In this document: positions 30,230-37,955 of the stretch, one piece after another
Position numbering within the stretch: position 1 is the stretch's first letter
Layout: each line of letters starts with the position of its first letter
DNA from: a virus
Taxonomy: Duplodnaviria; Caudoviricetes
Reading direction: 5' to 3' (one strand)
Virus record (IMG/VR): IMGVR_UViG_3300046747_000082
Location: 1-50,471 of that record
Length of the DNA stretch: 50,471 nt
Program-made: the position numbers and the translations under genes
The notes under the pieces: model-generated
The model's input: only the letters and a program-made list of their open reading frames with translations
Database searches by the model: none
Told to the model about the DNA's origin: nothing

Positions 30230-30453
30230 AGGACCGCCAAGGCAATGATTGCCGCGATACTGAGAGGGTAGTACAGGGCGTCGATATGGCCCACTGCGTA
30301 GGGTGCAGCACGCGCACTCTCAACGAACTTGTTCGGCCATGCACCACTCCAATGTGAAGCGTGACTGACCCGTACAGCGCGAGCGAGTAGCTTAAGCTCT
30401 GTGCGAAACTTCTGCCAGTTGGTTTCAATTTTCTTCTCTACTTTCTTTACCAT
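30226..30453 (-). CDS. Small membrane protein
   Basis: C-terminal hydrophobic helix; overlaps the endolysin stop. Confidence 0.55.
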   Translation of the reverse strand: MVKKVEKKIETNWQKFRTELKLLARAVRVSHASHWSGAWPNKFVESARAAPYAVGHIDALYYPLSIAAIIALAVL

Positions 30454-30962
30454 TGTGCTCTCCTGAGCCAGCCGGTTAGGAACACCATCTGCGTCTCATC
30501 ACGAGATGCGATGACATGGTAACGATCCTCTTGCTCTTCTCGGAGCCAATAGAGGAGTTCGTAATCCTTCAGTTCATTTACGGCCTTGATTGTTTTGGGT
30601 CCGATCACACCATCCTCATCGATGAGTGACGATCCGTATTCATGCCTAAGCAAATCGTTTACACAAATCTGTAGCATCACGGACGCAGTGTGGACTCCCA
30701 TGTTCACTGCTATATCGTACACCTTGAACGCTACGAGATCACTATGGATCTCCTCGCAATGCATTGGTGTCCAAAAGTGTTTGTCATAGAGGTCGATAAC
30801 CTCTACGTCAGTTAGATCCCGAGGGTCACGAGTGTCCCCTACGCTCTCTAGGAAGCGTTTGGAGATGCCCATGTAGGTAGCCCCACCATGATCAGCGGTG
30901 ATCTGGTTAGTACCGCCCTCGTACCACAGGGTGCGCCTGTAGGCTTCATAGAATCTATCCAT
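30447..30962 (-). CDS. Endolysin, glycoside hydrolase family 108 with PG-binding C-terminus
   Basis: EGG...DHGGATYMGI...AVNMG...DGVIGPKT...FLTGWLRRA; start at ATG 30962. Confidence 0.88.
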   Translation of the reverse strand: MDRFYEAYRRTLWYEGGTNQITADHGGATYMGISKRFLESVGDTRDPRDLTDVEVIDLYDKHFWTPMHCEEIHSDLVAFKVYDIAVNMGVHTASVMLQICVNDLLRHEYGSSLIDEDGVIGPKTIKAVNELKDYELLYWLREEQEDRYHVIASRDETQMVFLTGWLRRAQW

Positions 30963-31171
30963 TAGTATTTCTCGATGCGTTCGAAAACGCCTTTGTCTCT
31001 CAAGTGTTCGAAGGGAACTGAGACAGCGGTGATGATCTGACGGAATTCTCCATCGCATCCACGCTTCGAGTGCTTCTCTCCCACTACCGGGTTGCCACGA
31101 TCATCCATAAGGCGACGTAGTTCGACAACCTTCTTACACTTAGAGCACTTGTAAGTGTATGTGAATTCCAT
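30962..31171 (-). CDS. FmdB-like zinc-ribbon protein
   Basis: YTYKCSKC...C.G...QII pattern. Confidence 0.65.
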   Translation of the reverse strand: MEFTYTYKCSKCKKVVELRRLMDDRGNPVVGEKHSKRGCDGEFRQIITAVSVPFEHLRDKGVFERIEKY

Positions 31172-31369
31172 TTACTTCTTCCAGACGTTGACCAGACACT
31201 GAGTCGGGTTCGCCTTGTAGAATTCATTCTGTTCCAGCATACCATTGTAGAACGAATCGCTGATAAGCTTCTCGTCGATTACTTTTTGATGCTGAACACC
31301 AGTCATATGAGCTACAGCAAGAGTCAACAGACCGATTACTACAGCAAATACGTTTTTGAAAACCTTCAT
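31172..31369 (-). CDS. Small membrane-anchored hypothetical protein
   Basis: N-terminal TM helix. Confidence 0.55.
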   Translation of the reverse strand: MKVFKNVFAVVIGLLTLAVAHMTGVQHQKVIDEKLISDSFYNGMLEQNEFYKANPTQCLVNVWKK

Positions 31370-31375
31370 TCCTAA

Positions 31376-31570
31376 TTACTCCAAAAAAATTCTTGGGGAA
31401 AATCCCAGATTTCGAGCCTCTAGCTCCTGCGCTTGTGTATACAGCCATCGGCAGTAGCTTACTTCGCATTCCTTGGCCCACTCTTCTTTATTGAAGGGGC
31501 GGATTGGTTCTCCCGCCCCCGGACGACCAGACTTGACCCATTCGTCATAGCCGGCATCAGTGAAACTCAC
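31376..31570 (-). CDS. Hypothetical protein
   Basis: GTGA-coupled ORF. Confidence 0.5.
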   Translation of the reverse strand: MSFTDAGYDEWVKSGRPGAGEPIRPFNKEEWAKECEVSYCRWLYTQAQELEARNLGFSPRIFLE

Positions 31571-31971
31571 AGTTTAAGATCCTTCCACACTTCGCCTTGT
31601 GTACGGATGTTACCGTACTGTTCGCTCGATAGTCGAACTGAACAGACGAGACGATGCTTCACCTTAGCTTCTCGATCCTTCGTACATGCATTGAATACAC
31701 GCAGCTCAGTTCGGTGAGCTACTATCTCCTCTGCATAACGGAACTCAGGATCAGCGAGATAACGTTCCCACCAGATGGCAGCTCCGCCAACAAACTCTTG
31801 TTGCGCGAAGTGTACTTCCTCGTGAGCTATTAGCCACTGAGGAAGATCATAGTCACCCGGTGCGTAGATCACGCCGTCATACGCGAATATGACACCCGCT
31901 TGAGTAGCTGCTGGTAAGACCTTAATGATATCCTCAAAGTTCGGAGGATTCTCTTTCACTATCTTAATCAT
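31567..31971 (-). CDS. HExxH metallopeptidase-like protein
   Basis: LIAHEEVHFAQQ...EIVA. Confidence 0.65.
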   Translation of the reverse strand: MIKIVKENPPNFEDIIKVLPAATQAGVIFAYDGVIYAPGDYDLPQWLIAHEEVHFAQQEFVGGAAIWWERYLADPEFRYAEEIVAHRTELRVFNACTKDREAKVKHRLVCSVRLSSEQYGNIRTQGEVWKDLKL

Positions 31972-33614
31972 GCCATGAACTCATAGTTGGAAGGGGGTTC
32001 AACCTTTAACATTCGTCCGCTGGCTGTGTCAAAGAGGAGATAGTCAGCTTCTCCAGTTCGACCGCTAAAGCGGCATTTGAGCACCGTAACTTTTGAAATG
32101 TTTCTGCAATAAGGATCAGGGTGTTGTTGATTACGGCTGAGCGCGATAACGTCCCATGATAGCTGCTTGAGCGAGCCACTTCCTCTAAGATCGTCAAGTG
32201 ACGGAGTAGTTCCTTGTTCAAAGCTTCGGCCTCCGCCGTCCTTTCGAAGATGGACCACCACAAAGATAACAACTTCTAACTCCTTTGCCAGCTTCGCTAG
32301 CTTGGTCATTACGGTATCAATACGTTCACGTTCCCCTCCATCGGCAGCGTATTCAGAGACGATAATAGAGAGGTGATCGAGGAATATCGCTTTGTGGCCA
32401 GTGGCACCAAAGTATCGGATCTTGTTGAAAAGGTTCGAGTCGTCCATACCTCCGAAATGATCGTAGAACGAGAAGCGCCCGTTCCCGAAGAGTTCGGTAT
32501 GCACACGTTTCTCGTAATCTTCAGCCACGGATACGTCTGGTAGATGTAGTCGTTGTCCCATATGTACAGACATGATTCCTGAGACACTCTCGCCAACGTC
32601 CTCTTCCAACGAAATGTCCGCGATGTTCCAATCGGTGGATTTCCATATGTGATGCTTAAGTTCACGGAGGAACTGTGTTTTACCAATTCCAGTGCCCGAA
32701 GTAACGGTAACGATAGATCCCAATCGAAAGCCGTATGTTTTGCTATTAAGTTCGGCCCATTCCTCAGGATATCGAAAGCATTCCTGATTAGCCGCATGTT
32801 TATATCGGTCCCAAGTATCTGACCCGTTAACAATTCCATCGGGCTGGTACTTACGCGCATGTTTTAGTATGTCCCATTTCAGTTCAGCTCCCAAGCCAGC
32901 GAGCAACATTTCATTTGCGTCTTTCTTGGCAAGCTTAGTAACAAATACCTTCCCGGCAAACATGGGGGCGACGTCAAGGACAGCTTTACGTCCTGCCTCA
33001 TCTTCGTCGAAGCAAAGGATAATTTTAGAGAAAGAGTTAACATACTCAATGTTCTCCGCTATGTCCTTCGATGCCCCGCTAGATCCATGGAAGATAGATA
33101 CCACAGGTGGTACCCATCCTTGTATTTCGCTTGAGTCACGTAGCACTTGCCAAATAGCGAGCGCATCGTCCTCTCCTTCTGTGACAACAAGAAAGTTGCC
33201 ACCGGGCTTGACAACGGATTGCCCAAATAGATCACCAAGTTTGGTAGATCCAACAGCAGTAAACTCTTTTCGGACGGATTTAGCTTTATACCCATCTGTA
33301 TCACCCTTGGTGGTGTGAGGGTACCAAAATCTATCGGGCTCTCCCCGGTCAGAGAACTCTGTTCTAACTCCGTAGAATTCGCAGGCTTCCACTTTGATCC
33401 CTTTGTGAGGGATACCGAATGTGGGGAGCCGTTCCACATCTTCAAAATCCAGCTTATCATCAGCTATCTCCACCACTCTATTACTAATCTCCTTGTATCC
33501 GCATCGGTTGCAATAGGCATTGCCATCTTCGAATCTGATAAGATGGTTCCCAGTCTTGTCTCGACCTTGCGCTCTGCATCCCGGACACGGCTCGTCTCCT
33601 ACTATCATCCCCAT
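31968..33614 (-). CDS. DNA primase-helicase (T7 gp4-like)
   Basis: Zn finger CPGC...CNRC, TOPRIM TEGEDD/FDEDEAG, Walker A SGTGIGKT, LDHL, LRGSG. Confidence 0.95.
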   Translation of the reverse strand: MGMIVGDEPCPGCRAQGRDKTGNHLIRFEDGNAYCNRCGYKEISNRVVEIADDKLDFEDVERLPTFGIPHKGIKVEACEFYGVRTEFSDRGEPDRFWYPHTTKGDTDGYKAKSVRKEFTAVGSTKLGDLFGQSVVKPGGNFLVVTEGEDDALAIWQVLRDSSEIQGWVPPVVSIFHGSSGASKDIAENIEYVNSFSKIILCFDEDEAGRKAVLDVAPMFAGKVFVTKLAKKDANEMLLAGLGAELKWDILKHARKYQPDGIVNGSDTWDRYKHAANQECFRYPEEWAELNSKTYGFRLGSIVTVTSGTGIGKTQFLRELKHHIWKSTDWNIADISLEEDVGESVSGIMSVHMGQRLHLPDVSVAEDYEKRVHTELFGNGRFSFYDHFGGMDDSNLFNKIRYFGATGHKAIFLDHLSIIVSEYAADGGERERIDTVMTKLAKLAKELEVVIFVVVHLRKDGGGRSFEQGTTPSLDDLRGSGSLKQLSWDVIALSRNQQHPDPYCRNISKVTVLKCRFSGRTGEADYLLFDTASGRMLKVEPPSNYEFMA

Positions 33615-34180
33615 TGCTCCGCCATTGCGTTAGCGATCCCAACATAGGTTAGACTACGTTTCATCCATCTATCCTTTGTTTGCCCTAGTTTGTTATTGCC
33701 CGTCGGTGTTTGATTCTCCCACTGCTTGCGCTTAGGAAGTATATCCGTCGGTACTAACTTTGGCAAGCCCTTCAACCAGAGGCACGTAGCTTTTGATTCG
33801 GGGTGTCCGAACTGCCACGGCTGTATGATCTGGTCAGGCTTGCGTATCCGTGTGCTGATGACCCCTATGGGGTTCTCGATGGCTATCTTAGGGATGTTGG
33901 CATCCATCAACTTCTGCACGAACTCTAGAGCTTCCTCTGTCTTCTTAGACCGCCCCTCTATACGATTGTTCCAATGTATCCCGCTCACACAGAGGTATGT
34001 GCAGGGTGGGTGCGCTATCATGAGATCCCAATCGATATAGAGTTTATCTAGGACATCGCACTTAAAGTGTGGGCCTTTGATCCACGTATCGAGGAGATCG
34101 CATGAGACGGCATAGTGGCCTTTCTTGATGAAGGCTTCTCTCACTATGCCGGAAAACTCACACGCTACCAATACTTTCAT
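33605..34180 (-). CDS. Short phage cytosine-5 DNA methyltransferase-like protein
   Basis: LVACEFSG, HPPCT (motif IV), IENP (motif VI), QPWQFG. Confidence 0.75.
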   Translation of the reverse strand: MKVLVACEFSGIVREAFIKKGHYAVSCDLLDTWIKGPHFKCDVLDKLYIDWDLMIAHPPCTYLCVSGIHWNNRIEGRSKKTEEALEFVQKLMDANIPKIAIENPIGVISTRIRKPDQIIQPWQFGHPESKATCLWLKGLPKLVPTDILPKRKQWENQTPTGNNKLGQTKDRWMKRSLTYVGIANAMAEQWG

Positions 34181-34518
34181 CGGTCGAAGCCGATGTTGCT
34201 TGGTGCGGTTACTACGTGCTTACTTATATGCTTGCTCACATCGTTTGTGCGCGTCTGTAAGCCCCCTGACACGACTACCCCATAGCAGGTATAGTCCCCA
34301 TCCTCAAACGTGCCCCACGGGGCTTGCCATTGCGTTATAGGAGGGGTCAACGGTAATGTCTTGCGCTTCGTGTCGTTGCAGTAGATGTCCAAGCTCCCCG
34401 ATCTCGCGGCCGAGTCGGTCAACGTGAACAGCGGTGTCCCGTTCTCTGCTGTAGCGTTCGACAGCGGAGAAAGCAGCAACAGCCACATCGAAAGCAAGAG
34501 GGTTGTTACGAATCTCAT
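34177..34518 (-). CDS. Secreted beta-rich (Ig/FN3-like) protein
   Basis: Signal-peptide-like N-terminus (MRFVTTLLLSMWLLLLSPLSNA), two Cys. Confidence 0.5.
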   Translation of the reverse strand: MRFVTTLLLSMWLLLLSPLSNATAENGTPLFTLTDSAARSGSLDIYCNDTKRKTLPLTPPITQWQAPWGTFEDGDYTCYGVVVSGGLQTRTNDVSKHISKHVVTAPSNIGFDR

Positions 34519-35108
34519 TCGTCAAAGTATCCTGTTGGGACTTTGTAAGTTGCTTTACGTGTTGCTTCCCGAGCATCTACAAGTGCCTCCAAAGGTTGTG
34601 GGTAGAAGTTGTAGTGTTCAAGGCAAGCGTTGATGTACCGAGGGTCACTCGGCCCAACTGCTCGCCCCTGATCGGGGGTTGTAGCCCCTTCCTTCACTAC
34701 GTTCGTATGCAAGTGCCCATGGATGTTGTAGCCCCAGTACATTTCCTGCGGGTGGATCGGGATGTGCGTCAGCACTAGCCGAATACCCTTCAGGTTGTAC
34801 GTTACTACGCCATGAACCTTGTCACCAAATAGTTGGAGCAACTCTGCGGTGTCATGATTGCCTCCAACAACTTCAATGCGACCAGCCAAGCGATCCCGGA
34901 TATCGCGCATATAGGTGCCGCTAAGATCACGGCCAATGTCGCCAAGCAGATAAACCTTATCCCGCTTCGTAACCACCGCATTCCAATTCTGAATAAGGAA
35001 TTCATCATGCTCTTCCATCGTCATCGTTTGCAATTTCTCCCGCCCCGGTAGGAAGCGGATGCTTTTCGTACCGAAGTGCGGGTCGCCAACAACAAATATA
35101 CGACTCAT
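34515..35108 (-). CDS. Calcineurin-like metallophosphoesterase
   Basis: GDPHFG, LGDI, GNHD, HIP, HGHLH. Confidence 0.9.
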   Translation of the reverse strand: MSRIFVVGDPHFGTKSIRFLPGREKLQTMTMEEHDEFLIQNWNAVVTKRDKVYLLGDIGRDLSGTYMRDIRDRLAGRIEVVGGNHDTAELLQLFGDKVHGVVTYNLKGIRLVLTHIPIHPQEMYWGYNIHGHLHTNVVKEGATTPDQGRAVGPSDPRYINACLEHYNFYPQPLEALVDAREATRKATYKVPTGYFDE

Positions 35109-35137
35109 GCTAGTTCTCCCGCCACAGTAGACTGAGC

Positions 35138-35404
35138 TTAGCTGAAACTAAAGCGGCAGCCTCGATTACAAATTGCAGGTTCTTTAACCATCTTGAACTG
35201 TTGTTCCATCTGAACATCAGCAAGAACTTCAGAAATCTTAATGTCTTCAATGCTCTCGTTCTTACCCCACTGCATAGCTGTATATTCAGCAGCTTCACGG
35301 GTGGATTCAAACGATACAAGGTTAGTCCAGTCACTTTGATCAGTAGCAGTTACAACGAAGTTATCGTACCGATTCGAGTAGCTCATTCTTCTCATCCTCT
35401 TCAA
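35138..35404 (-). CDS. Hypothetical protein
   Basis: ORF in early orientation. Confidence 0.5.
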   Translation of the reverse strand: MKRMRRMSYSNRYDNFVVTATDQSDWTNLVSFESTREAAEYTAMQWGKNESIEDIKISEVLADVQMEQQFKMVKEPAICNRGCRFSFS

Positions 35405-35627
35405 AGATACATAGTATCAGACAACAAAAAATGGGAAAAGTTCCCGTTAAATACATCATCAAACGGTTGGGGTGAGAGAGTTTCCTCAATCACCCCTCCC
35501 GGTGTCGCTAGTACACGTTCAGGTAAGAGCTGCCATAGCTAGCTGCATACCTAGGTACATCACAACATACGTTCCAGCAATATCCACAGGAAAGTGGATC
35601 GGGTGTTTCATTTGTACGTCCCTGGTT

Positions 35628-35813
35628 TTATGCTGATACACTGGGGTCGTACTCAACACAGTTGACTACAACCAGATGCTTTCCATCGTTCAGCTTAAGC
35701 AGATCTACAGTGGACAGTGGAAACGCAGATTGTGGATAGCCATAGATCATAGCATCCACTCGCGCATCCACCGGCATACCGTCCAGAAGCGCTCGGAGTT
35801 CGCCTACGTTCAT
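35628..35813 (-). CDS. Small hypothetical protein
   Basis: MNVGELRALL N-terminus common in phage small ORFs; GAGGAG SD. Confidence 0.65.
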   Translation of the reverse strand: MNVGELRALLDGMPVDARVDAMIYGYPQSAFPLSTVDLLKLNDGKHLVVVNCVEYDPSVSA

Positions 35814-35832
35814 TAGTCTTCACTCCTCTCGT

Positions 35833-35997
35833 GGTTAGTCTCAGTCACGCCAATGCGCTACACTGAAAGCCAACTCTTCTGCCCTGAAATACTAGGCCTT
35901 CGGACCTTCATCCGCTGCACCAGCACCTCGCCCTATGAGCGACGTAAGAGCTGGCCCTCAGTGTAGCGCACTAGACGCGTTCGCACTGAGAGCCAAC
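35833..35997 (-). ncRNA. Long-stem structured RNA element (25-bp continuous helix with branched cap)
   Basis: 35946-35970 pairs with 35854-35878; the three non-WC positions are G-U on the minus strand. Confidence 0.6.
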
Positions 35998-36293
35998 GGG
36001 CAGCAACCTACCCTAGACTATACGGATAGGCGGCTCAACCCATTGTCATAGGTGGCAATGGGCGAGCACGGACATCAGCTTGAGCTGAGCCAACCACGGC
36101 GTAGCAACCACCGCAGCGGCCAACAAAAACTGAAGGGTAAGGATGACGCACTTACCACAGTGGGCCATTTGATCAGGTGCAAGTCCCGTCAATAAGACCT
36201 CCATGGGATTAGACAATCCCTTAGTATTGAAGTTCCAATCGTGTGCCGCACATGAGTCGCAGCTTACCAGCCTGCACTGGTTGCGCACGTTTC

Positions 36294-36398
36294 TGTCATG
36301 ATATGGAATCGAACCATACTTCCTGGCCCGGAGCCACGTACCGCTAGATGAAGCAGTATCTCTCCGAGGGGCGTGCTATCCTTTTACACTAACCATGC
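36294..36398 (-). ncRNA. tRNA-like element with expanded anticodon arm and defective acceptor end
   Basis: D arm TAGTGTAAAAGGATAGCAC, T arm TATGG-TTCGATT-CCATA, ~50-nt hairpin in place of the anticodon loop. Confidence 0.6.
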
Positions 36399-36590
36399 GT
36401 GCGGACTCGAAGGGTTTTCCTCCTTTCACACCATGCCTTTGTCTTACTCCAGGTTCAGCCCTAGTCTGGACTACATGGCTTGGGATTCATTGCACTCCCA
36501 TGTCGCGTTTTCACATCGTGAAAGGGATGAATCGGACCGCCACCGATTAAATTGGCTCTTCGGAATCGGATGTCAATAACAACATCGTCA

Positions 36591-36998
36591 TTACCTCCGT
36601 TGTGGTGGAGCTGTTGTGAGTTGTGCGAGTACAACCGGCGCAGGTTTTGGAGGCCCGTGTTGGTTGGGTTCCTTCTTCTTGGCAACCTTGACCTCTTCGA
36701 TCAGCCTTACAGCTTCACGACGAGGGGAGAATTTGTCTCGCCAAGAGGGACCGTAGTGCTTTCCACTACTATCCATGAAAGCACGCAGCTCTTTCTTCCG
36801 TGCTTCCAGCATCGCATGTTTCTTCGGGATGAGTCGTGCTAGGTTCTTGACCTTCGAACGAGCGAGAACCAGCTCATTCTTCAGGCGGTTAACCTCATCC
36901 TCCTCGGAACGATTGAAAATCCAGATCCACCATCGCAGAAAGCCTCGCTTCTGGCGAATCATCGCTCCGTTCTGGATCGTGTAACGATACAAACTCAT
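36591..36998 (-). CDS. Basic coiled-coil hypothetical protein
   Basis: AAGGAGGT SD 4 nt before ATG 36998. Confidence 0.7.
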   Translation of the reverse strand: MSLYRYTIQNGAMIRQKRGFLRWWIWIFNRSEEDEVNRLKNELVLARSKVKNLARLIPKKHAMLEARKKELRAFMDSSGKHYGPSWRDKFSPRREAVRLIEEVKVAKKKEPNQHGPPKPAPVVLAQLTTAPPQRR

Positions 36999-37009
36999 CG
37001 TCACCTCCT

Positions 37010-37920
37010 TGTTGGAGTTAAGGGAACTAGTCTAGGTTACCGGCTCTATGGGGTTGCATCCCCACGGCATTCTACTCTGCCACTGGCCTGAGTTGCACAG
37101 GTACCGTCTAGACTCGCCAGACACCCAAGGCGCTTGGGTCACATGTCGCAATGATTGGCGGGATAGTTTTTATCCAGGTTGCGGCCTTCCTGACTGTCTC
37201 AAGTATTAGCGTCGCTGCACTGAAGCACGGGACGGCTGTGACATGTTAGCGGAAACCACAGCTCTCCTCTACAGCTGCCCCTCAGACCGGATTCGAACCG
37301 GATTCGAGATTACCATGGGGCGGCCAGGATCTAATCCATCTCTGCGTATGCCAATTCCGCCACCTCTTTCGAGGGCAGGACTCGAACCTGCACGGGGATC
37401 GCCCCCAGAGACCTTTCCTATCGTCTTTTACTAGCCCTCCGACCCTTTCACAGGCTGCTGCGGTACTCGACTGACAGTACGGGATTTGCACCCGACAGCA
37501 TTTAGGACGACGTTCTGAACCCTAGCGATAGGAAAGAGATAACTCGCGTATCACTCACTCGACTATGCGCTGCAAGCAAGGTGCTTAGCCACCAAGAAAC
37601 ATTAAGGCGTCCCCGTAGTTGAGAGCTACGGCTAACCAAACTCGCGGATTACGAGCGGGAACCATCACGGGCAGGATCTCTCCCCCGTGGAATCGAACCA
37701 CGCACCCGAGTCTTCCATCAACCAGCTGAGGCGGAGCGGTCACTACGTGACTTCACCCTCCACTCCCTGCTACCTAGGATGCAGGGTTCTGTGACGCTGG
37801 GGTTAGTCTAGACTACATGCCGCACCGTAAGTGGCTAGCACACTCACAGTGCAGCACGCATTCTAGATTCACCGGAAAACTTTCTACTGGAAAATCGCGA
37901 TACGCGAGTTCACAGCTCTA
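37010..37920 (-). ncRNA. Large (~900 nt) highly structured putative ncRNA containing tRNA-like modules
   Basis: No credible ORF; long-range helices 37899-37910/37541-37552 and 37526-37536/37413-37423; six T-loop-type hairpins. Confidence 0.65.
37338..37412 (-). ncRNA. Circularly permuted tRNA(Leu)-like module with GAAA-closed acceptor stem
   Basis: GTCTCT-GGGGGCGATCCCC-GT-GCAGG TTCGAGT CCTGC-CCTC GAAA GAGG-TGGCGGAATTGGCATACGC-AGAGAT. Confidence 0.75.
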
Positions 37921-37955
37921 GTGTTACATTCGAGCTGCGAGATCGTTGAGGTTGA

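Noticed and set aside
35890-35915. Hammerhead ribozyme or Y-RNA Ro-binding motif (GGATGAAGGTCCGAAGGCC)
   Set aside because: CUGAUGA and GAAA core not intact; no complementary Ro-site strand seen
37282-37491. 69-aa minus-strand ORF and 63-aa plus-strand ORF over the tRNA-like modules
   Set aside because: Translation (RFESCP, GSNP, WRNW) is the typical read-through of tRNA T and D arms; no SD
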